Notes under the pieces: generated by a model
The model's input: only the letters and a program-made list of their open reading frames with translations
What the model was told of the DNA's origin: nothing
Databases searched by the model: none
Made by a program: the position numbers and the translations under genes
Assembly (NCBI RefSeq): GCF_001194135.2
Contig: NC_068987.1
Location: 82,833,607 to 82,897,606, forward strand
From: Octopus bimaculoides
Taxonomy: Eukaryota
Length of the DNA stretch: 64,000 nucleotides
Reading direction: 5' to 3'
In this document: one piece after another, positions 11,380 to 22,785 of the stretch
How positions within the stretch are numbered: position 1 is the first letter of the stretch
Layout: each line of letters begins with the position of its first letter

Positions 11380-12660
11380 TTTTTTTTTTGTTTTTTTTTT
11401 ACATGCTTTCGCTGTTCAACTTTTCAAAAACATGTGTTCTGGGCTAATGCTTGTAGAGGAAGTTGTTTTTACAAAAGGTGTTGCCTATTTCCTGTTTAGT
11501 TTCGGATTTAGAATTATTATGGAGTATTTTTCTTTCCCTTTCGCAGTTGATCATTTTGGGTTTTTTTTATTTTGTAGAAAGGATATATTTTGAATATTCC
11601 ATTTGCACAAATATACGGATGTTTACTACTTACAATATTTCTAAAGATGACTCTTTAACTTGCTGTTGGTGCACGTTCACACGGCTAGTCAGTTTTGTTC
11701 TTGTTTCTCCAATGTATTTCTCATTGCATTGTGGGCATGTGATGCAGTAGATGAGATCTCTTGTTTCGCAAATCATGTTTGCATTCACTTTCAATTAATT
11801 CCTTCCCTTTCTTGAATCTTTTGGTTGTTCCTTGTTCAATTATTTCACATGCTTCTCATCGAGGGTCTCAACAGATTGTTACCCTCATTAGTTCTTTCCC
11901 GTTGTGAATTTGGTGGTTGTCTGCAGCTGTTGATGACCTGGGATTTTTTAAAACTATTTGTCGGAAATTCGATGGCTGATGTTGAATTGGGAGATATCTT
12001 TTGGCCGAATGTAGAATGTTGTGTTCCCAAGGATTATGGACGACTACAAATGGAATATTTGTATTTTTGTTTCCGACCTCTGTGTGAATGTTTCTCTGGT
12101 TGGCTGGTTTTGAGATTACTTTCACTCTGGTCATAACATTATGTATTAGGCTATTAAGATATTTTTGTTTTTTAAGGAACGTGTTTCGCTTTACCAATCG
12201 TTTCTCTCGCCTTTTTGTGTCTGTAAATATTGAACATATACGTCTTGCAACACTGAATTGTATATTCCTTTTCGTGTGGGAAGGGTGACAAAATCTAAAA
12301 TCTAATTATGGTTGTGTCTGTGTTCTTGCAGCAGAGATCGTTGTAACTTTATCATTTTCCTTAATTATTAGAATGTCCAGAAAGGGGAGTTCCTTTTCAT
12401 TCATTTCCTTAGTGTACTGAATCGATTCATGAATACTGTTTATGAATTTAAGGAATCTTGCAAGCCACGCCCCACCTTACTTTTTTAATTCCAAAATATG
12501 AAGCAGTCATCTAAGAAACTTTTCCATTTCCCAATTAAATAGCATTGGAAATGTTAATCAAAAGTAAATCTAGATTTTTCGTCCAGACATTCCATAACTG
12601 ATGTTGCAAATGGCGATGTGACTTTCGTCCCCATGGCTGTGCCGCGTAGTTGCAAATTAA
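11380..12660 (-). mobile_element. Decayed Penelope-like retroelement: RT C-half, thumb and GIY-YIG endonuclease
   Basis: Minus-strand translation with stops and frameshifts: LQLRGTAMGTK..FLDDCFIFW..KELPFLDILIIKEND..CHPSHTKRNIQFSVARRICSI..MICETRDLIYCITCPQCNEKYIGETRTKLTSRVNVHQQQ..ICANGIFKIYPFYK..LNPKLNRK*. Confidence 0.9.
11397..11430 (-). ncRNA. Hammerhead-like motif about 55 nt after the PLE ORF stop, U3:A8 core variant
   Basis: Minus strand TTT-TTGAAAA-GTTG-AA-CAGC-GAAA-GCATG-T-A-AAA. The position is that expected for a PLE pLTR. Helix III is one indel away from a palindrome. Confidence 0.45.
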
Positions 12661-12877
12661 ATCTTTCTTTAATTATTGTCACTGTAGCAAGTATTTTTTT
12701 TTACAAAACATTTACACACACACACACATACATAGTTTTATTCTTTTCTTAGTGTTAGTCATTAAACTAGTTCCATGGTGAAACATTTTCTTCTAGGTTG
12801 TAGTTGGTTACATTGAATCCATTTTAGAGCTCCCTCGATAGAATGTGTCCCCAACTGACCATGTATCGAAAAATAAA

Positions 12878-13480
12878 CAGTGTTAAGTTGCCCTGTAATT
12901 TTCGTTAATATTTCAGTGATAAGGCTCATTTGGTCCTCGTGTTTTGCATCATGACATCAATGAAAATTTAAAAAAAAAAAAGATTAAGCATGCGTGATCT
13001 TATCAGTGAACAAAAAAGTCGATGTTATTAGGAAATTAGAGAATCGTGCTTCGATTGAAACAGTTTGTGAAAAGATTGGTGTTTAAAAGAAGTGTTGATA
13101 GATTCACTGCATTTTCTTGAAAATACAATTTTGATGCAAATTCTCAATCTTCTACTAGTGAAAAGAAGCGTTTGAAAGTTACGAAAGATACGAACCGTTG
13201 CAAAGGCAGAGATAAAATGATTTTTTTCACTTCGTCACCGCGTCTTCGACGATTCTGTGGTAACAATGTTTATGATGCAGAAATTCAAAGTACTGCACCC
13301 AAACATGTTAAACATATGGGTATCGACAATTCCGTGGTTAGTGATGGGTATTTAATAATCGCCATAGAAATGGTAATAAAATTATGCATAGTGAAGCGCG
13401 TAGTACACCATCCTAGGGAATCGAATCACGTAAAAGATATCAACTGACTTAATTAACAATGAAATTTTAACTCTCTACTG
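12878..13480 (+). mobile_element. Internally deleted pogo/Tigger-like DNA transposon relic
   Basis: 13015-13085 translates KVDVIRKLENRASIETVCEKIGV, resembling the N-terminal CENP-B-type HTH. Loosely complementary CAGT-starting ends at about 12878 and 13480. Confidence 0.35.
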
Positions 13481-13884
13481 GGAAAATGGGGTAAAACTGA
13501 ATTGTATTGATGGTTATTACTCAAAAATAGCTAAGTTGTTAAAAATAAAACCCTGCACACCTCATGCTAAATAAACATTTTTGCAAATGCAGATGTGGGC
13601 CTCATGGCATAACATCACACCTACAATTGAAGGGATCACCACTCTTAGAATAAAGATATTAGGAATAAAGATATTTCTTATCAAGGTGATTTTAAAGAAT
13701 TTGAGGCACGAAATCTTCATTTTAATACTTCAAGTTGTAAGCGAGAGAGATATAAATGAAGACGACATCAGAATCTGGCGAGAAGACGTAGAGGGGGACC
13801 CTGGATGTCGAGTATTAATAGGAGACATAGCAGAGAGTGTTCTTGTTGGTAACTACAGAGATACTGAGAATGATCATCATTATC

Positions 13885-14210
13885 ATCATCATCGTTTAAC
13901 GTCCGCTTTCCATGCTAGCATGGGTTGGACGATTTGACTGAGGACTGGTGGACCAGGAGGCGACACCAAGTTCCAATCTGATCTGGCAGAATTTCTACAG
14001 CTGAATGCCCTTCCTAACGCCAACCACTCCGAGAGTGTAGTGGGTGCTTTTTATGTGCCACCAGCACAAGAGCTAGTCAGGCAGTCTTGGCATCGATCTC
14101 GTTTGGATGGTACTTTTTACATGCCACCTGCACAGGAGCCAGTCCAGTGGCACTGGCAACGATCTCGCACGAATGTCTTTTCACGTGCCACGGAGGCGAC
14201 GTTGGCCCAA
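13885..14210 (-). mobile_element. (ATG)n-tailed retroposon family 4 with internal about 58-bp tandem unit; other copies about 42650-43000, 55320-55565, 57400-57720, 58705-59056, 59565-59880, 61850-62175
   Basis: Shared GTGGTTGGC(G/A)TTAGGAAGGGCAT(T/C)CAGCTGTAGAA and CCAACCCATGC(T/C)AGCATGGAAA..GACGTTAAACGATGATG tail. Confidence 0.7.
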
Positions 14211-14848
14211 GAAATTCATGCTTTCTTTTACAAAGGAATTCTTTGACTGCGTTATTTTGTACTTTTGACTTGTCAAAAGAAACCAATATTCTGTAATACT
14301 CACATTGTCTTTGATCTTATTTCAAAAGAATCACCAGGAGGATATACAACTGAAACTCGACAGCTCTTTTAGCAGCGATGTTGCAGTTGTTAAGCTTGCT
14401 GACAATATTTGATGACTCAGCGGCAACGATCTCAGCTCCTCTTCAACCACGTCAGCCTTCTACAAGTGGGAGGCCAGCCTCAATGGAGTTTCATAGCTCT
14501 GCTACCACATAAATGACTTCTATCTCCATTCTCACGCTACATCAGCCTCATCTGTTATCTCCTACAAAAATGAGATTATCTATTTACAGTATCAACATTA
14601 AAATTTCTTTTTAATTTAAAAAAAATTTTACATACAGTAATGAGTTTATGAAATATTCATATGCTTTATATCGATAAGAATCTAATACCAATTTTCAACA
14701 CACACGAGATTGAGACATAGCCGACCTCACGCACTTCTCATGAGGAATTCCGGAAGGCGCTTCGTGAGACCACTACTGAGACGCTACCGAAAAAAGAAAA
14801 AAAAAAGCCGTTGGAAAACAGATTATAGCAGCGACTCCATCTAAGAAT

Positions 14849-14881
14849 ATCTGAAGAAGGAATTGTATTCCGAAATATCAT
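14849..14881 (+). ncRNA. Minimal type I hammerhead ribozyme-like motif with intact core
   Basis: CTGAAGA-A-GGAA-TTGTA-TTCC-GAAA-TAT-C: perfect 4-bp stem II, palindromic ATAT helix III, AUC triplet. Stem I is only 2 bp in this copy. Followed by an AT-rich pLTR-like tail. Confidence 0.6.
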
Positions 14882-16520
14882 CGGACTATAGATAACTATA
14901 ACTAAATTACAACGGGTGTATAGTCCATTTTTTGTATTTTAGTGCATTGTTGTACCATTCAAAACTTTTTATTCTTTACAAACAATACACAATGCTTCAA
15001 GCGAACTACAATACTCTCCTACCAATTTTAATATTTGTAGTATTTTTGCAATTCTGTTATTGTTTATTGTGGTCAGCGTGCAGTGTTATAATTTCAATAT
15101 CCTATACACTATAACGCATGTAATTTCAATATTATATTCGTATACGGTTACCTCTTAGCATCTATTAAATCGAATATTCGTTTAAAATGGACACCTTTCT
15201 CCCTTACTAAAACGATTTTAACGAAAGTACACTGTACTTGATTCATTCATTCATTGACCTAGTAAAAGTGAAACGGAAGGTGGATATGGGTGGGATTTGA
15301 ACTCTGAACGTAACCAAAAATCACAATATATTTTGTTTTATCTGGTACTCTAAGTGTGTGTGTGTGTGTAGGTAGGTGAGGGGTACAGACACGCACAAAA
15401 AACCATGCATGTCTCTGAAGCAATTAAACTCGTAGTCTTATTTGTCTTACAACGAAATCAAGGAAAGATCAACCACGTTGATCAAAGAAAGTAGGGGCAA
15501 ACTGAACGGATTGAAAAGTATTTAGAACAATCCCTGTGGCAATGTAACAAACGAAAGCGTAGGAGAAACATCACGAATGAAAAATCTGTATAGCAAATGA
15601 AAGGAAATGTCTACAATATGTACATGACTCCACATTCATTTACTATTACGAATTCGGTCGACTTTTGGATGAGTGCAAAAATATGAGAAAAACATCGGCC
15701 AGTTTGCTTAAGCAATATATAAAGAAGGTTGTTATTTTAGATGTAAAGATAAGCCGAAAAAGAAAAGAAAACCGAAATAATAATGATAACAAGCTGGAAA
15801 TACAATCATTTGATGTTTCCTCATCCATCTTGGGATGAATATCAAAATGTTATCTCGCAATATACGTATGGGTCGTATTTCTTAGATAAGAATCCAATAC
15901 AAATTTCAATATTTATATAACGATTGTCCGATATTAGATCTCTTTTTGTTATAACTTATATTCAGAATATAAGTGATAATAAAGAACATTAACATCCTTT
16001 TTATTACAATAATTTCTTACATAAAAAAGAAAAACAACAACAAAAAATACCTTTGAATCTTTGATGTTTCCAAGCTGGCTTCGGAAATTTCTGCCGATTC
16101 AGAATAAAAAGGGAAACAAACAAATATCTTAAACGCAAGTGTGGCCGGTGTGGTTAAGATGCTCGCTTTGCAGGCAGGTGGTTTTGGGTTCGGTCCCACT
16201 GCACTGCAACAAGTATTTCACTGTAACTCTAGGCTGACCATTGTCTGGTGGAGTAAATTTGTAAAACGGAAACTGTGAGGAAGCCAGTTATGTAATGTAG
16301 GTGGGTGTGTGCACGTGTGCATGCGTGTGCGTGTGTGCATGAATGTAAAAGTAGTAAACACTAATGGCGTATCGTTCTAGCACTTGAATGTTGATTTATT
16401 TCACCATGAGCTCTATGTGGTTTTACCTAGCCATTTTCTGGCGTCTTACACGTGTTAATGTGCCTTGATTCTATAGAAATGCTTATAACTAAGTTATATA
16501 TATGTACGTATGTATGTATG

Positions 16521-16551
<31 letters not shown>

Positions 16552-16696
16552 GTGAGAAAGTTGGTATGTGAAAGCACGTGGTTGGATGTATAAAAGATAA
16601 TAAGAGTGAAAAAACTTAAAGTATATATTTAAATTATGTCAGAAAAATGTTAGAAAAATGTTATAATATCTTTTTGGTATATAAACATTATATTTT

Positions 16697-16735
16697 GAGA
16701 AATAACCGGTTTCGTGTTGTCTTTTCAAATTTCTC
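16697..16735 (-). ncRNA. Minimal type I hammerhead-like motif, U3:A8 core variant
   Basis: Minus strand GAGAAAT-TTGAAAA-GACAACAC-GAAA-CCGG-T-T-ATTTCTC: perfect 7-bp stem I, palindromic ACCGGT helix III, GUU triplet, stem II reduced to one G-C pair. Confidence 0.6.
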
Positions 16736-16975
16736 TACTTCATTGTAACGTGTTCGCTCCAGTCTGAAAAAGAAGAGTATATATATATATATATATATAT
16801 ANNNNNNNNNNNAAAATAAAAACATTTTCACTAGTTACCACTTGTACCTACACCTCTTTTGTATGTAAATGTACACTAATTTTCTATGAAAAATATGTTG
16901 CCTATTAACTATTTTATGCATGCTAGCCACTGGTAGAAAATTTCTCTAATTTTCCTACCCTTTATCTATTTTCTT

Positions 16976-17051
<76 letters not shown>

Positions 17052-18971
17052 CACACGTATGTATGTGTCTTTGTGTCCTCTATCGCCTCTTGATAAATGG
17101 TGGTGATATTTTTACGTCCCCATAACCTAGCAGTTCAACAAAAGAGAAATGACAGAAAAGGTACCAGCCTTGAAAATAAGCATTAGGGCCGATTTGTTTA
17201 ACTAAAACCCTCCAAGGTGCAGCACCAGCAGGGCCACAGTCCAATGAATGAAACAAGAAAACAATAAAAGATAACATTAAATGAGTCATGTTAAGAAAGG
17301 CGACAGAGGTAAATGATAAGACTTTATGATTGGATGTGCAATTATGTACAAATGTCAACAGAGCCAGGCCACGTATCTGTATTCTGTCAAGAGAGTGCTC
17401 TAGATGTGCCATGCTCCTTACTGTCATACACCTTACACCTTGCCGTCATTCCAAGCCATTGTCCATACTGAGTTTTTCTCCCTCGTCTGCCATTTCAGTT
17501 TTCATGTTCTTACCATCTTCAGTGGAGGAATGAAGAATTTTGGGGGATTTGAAGAAGTATCAGTTTTGTTTTTGGAACGTGGTTTAGGCTGATTTTTCTG
17601 CTTGTTTTTCTTCTTATTTTTTTTCTTTAGTTACCCAAATAGGGAGTGATTCCTTTTGGAATCAACAAAAGATATGAGGCAATGGTAAAAACTTCAAGTA
17701 ATGGAATCTAGTAGTAGATGAACTCTGCTACAATGTTTATTAATTAACATAGAAAATAGTTTGATCAATTCTGACATTAAAAGCTTTCCTGAAAGAATAG
17801 ATTGTTTATTTGAATGAAATGCATTTTAAATACATTTAAACTATTTTATTAAAAAAAACAGAGAATTTTCTTTTCTTTGTTGCTTTTTTTTTCTTCATTT
17901 AATTTTGTTTCACTGAAAATTAACAGAAAACTGGTTATAAAGAAAACTATGTACAAAATAAGTAAAGAGAAGATTGAAGTCAGTCTTGAATCTAAGGAAA
18001 GAAGACGCCATAATGGTTTTTAAAAACAATACATATTGAGTTACAATTCCTTTACATCATCCCATTTTTACACACACACACACACACACAAAAAAAAAAT
18101 GAAAGAAAGAAGAAAGCAAACACAAACAGGACAAATTTTAATCAAATTTAGTCCCTGGTTTTCTGGCAAAAAACAGAAATTGCTTATTTTTGCACGCAAT
18201 CAATCAATATTACTTAATCTTCTTCCAAAATGTACCACTTATACTCCTAATTCAGTAATTTCAAGCTACAACTAGTTTCTTTATTTCTACAAAAACCAGA
18301 TACAGTCCGTTGTGGGATTTACTATAAATGAGAAAAACGTCAGTCATTTCACCACTGGATTTTCAGACTAAATGCAAAAGTAACTTTATGATCAATAAAT
18401 CTTTCCATACACTTCCTAACAAATGACTGAGCAATGTCCTTCCAAGCGTTATTATCTATTCTGTCTCTAATTTCCAATTCTCTCTCTCTATTCATTTCCA
18501 TTAACTGCTCTAAACCAGTTTCCTAAACTAAACTATGCTGTGATGCCGTCAGCATTCTAAGCTTGCTACATATACTAACATGGTGAAAAACAGACAAATC
18601 GAAAACCTTATGCTTTCTCATTAGAGTAAAAGAATGCTCTAAGCCCCTGCAGTTTTCCTACCCAGAATAAGTTTCAAATTTAAGCAGTCGCAAGAAAAAA
18701 AAAAAATGAAAAAAGAAATTATTCTCAAGCTCTTTGCAAACATGATAAGAAAAAGGATTGTCGTCATCATCATCATCATCATCATCATCATCAGTAGCAG
18801 CAGCAATGATAGTATCCTCATCATCATTTTGTGGCTGTGTAGTTTGTTTCCTAACCACATGGCTTTGGGTTCAATCCCACTTTGTTGAACTGTAAGTTCT
18901 ACTATAACCCTGGGTCGGCCAAAACCCTGTGAGTCAATTTGGTAGAGAGAAACTGAAATAAGCCCATCATG

Positions 18972-19014
<43 letters not shown>

Positions 19015-19040
19015 CCACTATCACCACTACCAGTCAAGAA

Positions 19041-19357
19041 AATCGACCCCAGGACTTATTCTTTGTAAGCCTAGTACTTATTCTATCGCTTCCTTTTGCC
19101 GAACTGCTAAGTTACGGGGACATAAACACACCAGCATCAGTTGTCAAGCGATGCTGTGGGGACAAACACAGACACACAAACATATACACACGCACATACA
19201 TATATATATACATATATACAACAGGCTTCTTTCAGTTTCCGTCTACCAAATCCTCTCACAAGGCTTTGGTTGGCCCAAGGTGCCATGCAGTGGAACTGAA
19301 CCCAGAACCATGTGGCTCGTAAGCAAGCTACTTACCACACAGCCACTCCTACACCTC
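19041..19357 (-). mobile_element. SINE family 1 (a head-only copy on + lies at about 18830-18970)
   Basis: Family diagnostic motifs as above. Confidence 0.75.
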
Positions 19358-20084
19358 TTGACAAGTACTTTTTAAAATAATGCCCCACATTTCACTGCTG
19401 ACTGAGGAATAATACTTCTTGAAATGATGCTTGCATTTCAAATCTCTTTCAGAACTATTACCTTTTGAAATAAATACCTGCATTCTACAACTAGCTTGAG
19501 ATTGTTCGCTTTTGAAATAATGCCAATGCTCCACATGTTGTTCAAGACAGCTGAAAACACATGACTTAGTTTTTAGGTAATCGGTTCACAATCATGAGGT
19601 CATGAGTTCAGTTCCTGGCAGTGTCCGTCAATCAGACCCTTTATTTTTTGCTGCTTCAGTTCACTTAACTGGCAAAAATGAGTAGTACCTGTAGTTGAAA
19701 GGGCCAGCCTTTTTACATTCCGTGTCATACTGAATTCCCTTGGAAATTACCTTAAGGGTATATGTGTTTGTGGAGCACTCAGCCACTTGATTTCATTAGC
19801 AGGCTGTTCTGTTGATTAGCTCACCTGGAACCCTCATTGTCATAACCAATGGAGAGCCAGTCACTTCCAGACAATTACTTGTGGAAACAGAACCTGCATT
19901 TTACTTCTGACTGAGGTCCATCCCCAACTTCTATGAACTACTTCAGGATGCCTAAGTAATGCATTTAAATCAATAACTGATTAAGAAATAGTTTAACCCT
20001 AGGCAACATTGATTAACATAAATGTGATCAAAGACATTCCAGCCTTGGCCATTCTGTCTTTTTTCTTCGCAGACACAGTACAAC

Positions 20085-20302
20085 TAGGTACTGAAATATT
20101 TCTGGCTTTGGGTAAAAGAAAATACAGGAGAATCAGATAATTATTGATTTTATCCAATATATTCCCCTCTCAGATTCACACACTAATTGCAGCAGTCCTT
20201 CAGTTTTTCTAAGCTCTGTAAAAGGAACTCGGAAGGTTGGGCTTCCAACCAGGCTTTTGTGATACCCTTGAAGCTAGGATCTTTTCAGCAACCCCTTGTA
20301 TA
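20085..20302. mobile_element. Mariner-type MITE copy 1
   Basis: Homologous to 20330-20930. Ends GCTAGGATCTTTTCAGCAACCCCTTGTA; left TIR is eroded. Confidence 0.55.
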
Positions 20303-20329
20303 TGTGTGTCTGTATACATACATCATACA

Positions 20330-20647
20330 TATGAAGGGGTGCTAAAAGAAAATACAGGAGAATCAGTTAATCATGATTATATTCAACATATTCTCCTCTC
20401 AGATTCACGGACTTACTGCAGCAGTCTCTCTTTTACTCTTTACTCTTTTAGTTGTTTCAGTCATTTGACTGTGGCCATGCTGGAGCACCGCCCTTAGTTG
20501 AGCAAATCGACCCCAGGACTTATTCTTTGTAAGCCTAGTACTTATTCTATCGGTCTCCTTTGCCGAACCACTAAGTTACGGGTACGTAAACACACCAGCA
20601 TCAGTTGTCAAGCGATGTTGGGGGAACAAACACTGACACACAAACAT

Positions 20648-20714
<67 letters not shown>

Positions 20715-20930
20715 TATATCCGACAGGCTTCTTTCAGTTTCCGTCTACCAAATCCACTCACAAGGCTTTGGTCGGCCCGAGGCTATAGTAGAAGACGCTT
20801 GCCCAAAGTGCCAAGCAGTGAGACTGAACCCAGTTTTTCTAAGCCCTGTAAAAGAAATTGGAAGGTTGGGCTTCCAACCAGGCCTTTTGCGATACTCTTG
20901 AAGCTAGGAACTTTCCAGAACCCCCTCATA
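20330..20930. mobile_element. Mariner-type MITE copy 2, split by a SINE insertion (about 20436-20830)
   Basis: TA-flanked imperfect TIRs TATGAAGGGGTGCTAAAAG and CTTTCCAGAACCCCCTCATA. The two halves rejoin to match copy 1 at GCAGCAGTC/CAGTTTTTCTAAG. Confidence 0.65.
20436..20830 (-). mobile_element. SINE family 1 nested in the mariner MITE
   Basis: Family diagnostic motifs; interrupts MITE copy 2. Confidence 0.8.
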
Positions 20931-21277
20931 TATAAGGATTTTAGAGTTTAACGTACCTTTCCTTTCATAAACTGGTAATGTGAATTGAGTGACAACTAGC
21001 TGCATTTTCTAGCAAGTCAAGCACATGGCAGTGGTTTCCTTGTTCGCTCATATATTCTTTACTTATTTGCAAAGAAATGAGTATTCCAGCACTGAAATTT
21101 TCTGCACCAATGTCTGAAATACATCATAACCAAAAGGAATATATATAATCCTATTATTTCTCAATTTCTTTATTTTCCTGCGCTTTTGTTATATATATAT
21201 ATATATATATATACATACACACACACATATATATATGCACACATATGTGTATGCATATGCATGTTAATATATATATT

Positions 21278-21468
21278 AAAAGACATGTTAGGATCCACAA
21301 TGAGCAGAACTTACTTGCAGGTATTGGTAGTGCAAATCAGAGGTGCAATCTGTGTGGGTGTTTTTTCAAAACACTGTCTGGTTTAAAAAGCCACATGAGA
21401 CGCCATGAAAGGGCTAAGGTGTAGGTGCAGGAGGTGGTCAAACTCTGTTTAAGGAGTAGACAACCACC

Positions 21469-21470
<2 letters not shown>
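21278..21470 (+). mobile_element. 3' end of an RTE-like LINE with C-terminal C2H2 fingers
   Basis: Open frame 21278-21424: KRHVRIHNEQNLLAGIGSANQRCNLCGCFFKTLSGLKSHMRRHERAKV*. This is the tail of one finger plus one complete C-x2-C-x12-H-x3-H finger with no TGEKP linker. A short tail and (TA)n follow. Confidence 0.55.
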
Positions 21471-21512
<42 letters not shown>

Positions 21513-22612
21513 NNNNNNNNNNNNNNNNNNNNNNNNNNNNNNNNNNNNNNNNNNNNNNNNNNNNNNNNNNNNNNNNNNNNNNNNNNNNNNNNNNNNNNNN
21601 NNNNNNNNNNNNNNNNNNNNNNNNNNNNNNNNNNNNNNNNNNNNNNNNNNNNNNNNNNNNNNNNNNNNNNNNNNNNNNNNNNNNNNNNNNNNNNNNNNNN
21701 NNNNNNNNNNNNNNNNNNNNNNNNNNNNNNNNNNNNNNNNNNNNNNNNNNNNNNNNNNNNNNNNNNNNNNNNNNNNNNNNNNNNNNNNNNNNNNNNNNNN
21801 NNNNNNNNNNNNNNNNNNNNNNNNNNNNNNNNNNNNNNNNNNNNNNNNNNNNNNNNNNNNNNNNNNNNNNNNNNNNNNNNNNNNNNNNNNNNNNNNNNNN
21901 NNNNNNNNNNNNNNNNNNNNNNNNNNNNNNNNNNNNNNNNNNNNNNNNNNNNNNNNNNNNNNNNNNNNNNNNNNNNNNNNNNNNNNNNNNNNNNNNNNNN
22001 NNNNNNNNNNNNNNNNNNNNNNNNNNNNNNNNNNNNNNNNNNNNNNNNNNNNNNNNNNNNNNNNNNNNNNNNNNNNNNNNNNNNNNNNNNNNNNNNNNNN
22101 NNNNNNNNNNNNNNNNNNNNNNNNNNNNNNNNNNNNNNNNNNNNNNNNNNNNNNNNNNNNNNNNNNNNNNNNNNNNNNNNNNNNNNNNNNNNNNNNNNNN
22201 NNNNNNNNNNNNNNNNNNNNNNNNNNNNNNNNNNNNNNNNNNNNNNNNNNNNNNNNNNNNNNNNNNNNNNNNNNNNNNNNNNNNNNNNNNNNNNNNNNNN
22301 NNNNNNNNNNNNNNNNNNNNNNNNNNNNNNNNNNNNNNNNNNNNNNNNNNNNNNNNNNNNNNNNNNNNNNNNNNNNNNNNNNNNNNNNNNNNNNNNNNNN
22401 NNNNNNNNNNNNNNNNNNNNNNNNNNNNNNNNNNNNNNNNNNNNNNNNNNNNNNNNNNNNNNNNNNNNNNNNNNNNNNNNNNNNAAATTAGTATTTTATC
22501 GATCTTGATATGAAATTGGTTTCTTCTCTTCAATGAATGTGGAATATCTGTGTCCAAGACATTTAGAAATTCTTTTGAGCTTTTGTGTTATTTTCTATTT
22601 GGTAATTTTGCT

Positions 22613-22785
22613 ACCATCATCATAATCATCATCATCATAATCACCATCATAATCGTCATCATCATCTTCATCATCATCATAATCATCATCATCATCTTCA
22701 TCAACATCATCATCTTCATCAACATCATCATCATCATCATCTTCATCATCATCATTATCATCATCATCATTATCATCATCGTTTT
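22613..22785. repeat. (CAT)n/(AAT)n compound microsatellite
   Basis: Read directly; source of the poly-I and poly-M ORFs. Confidence 0.9.

Noticed and set aside
13581-13937. 118-aa ORF in non-repetitive sequence
   Set aside because: No recognisable domain, it runs into a retroposon tail, and there is no convincing donor; left uncalled.
14298-14470. Minus-strand segment with a strong GTGAGT donor and coding-like composition (similar segments at 18420-18523, 41290-41398, 46250-46470)
   Set aside because: No frame is open between a credible acceptor and donor, and no homolog is recognised.
17495-17520. CTGAAGA..GAAA on the minus strand
   Set aside because: No closing stem II pair and no NUH or helix III.
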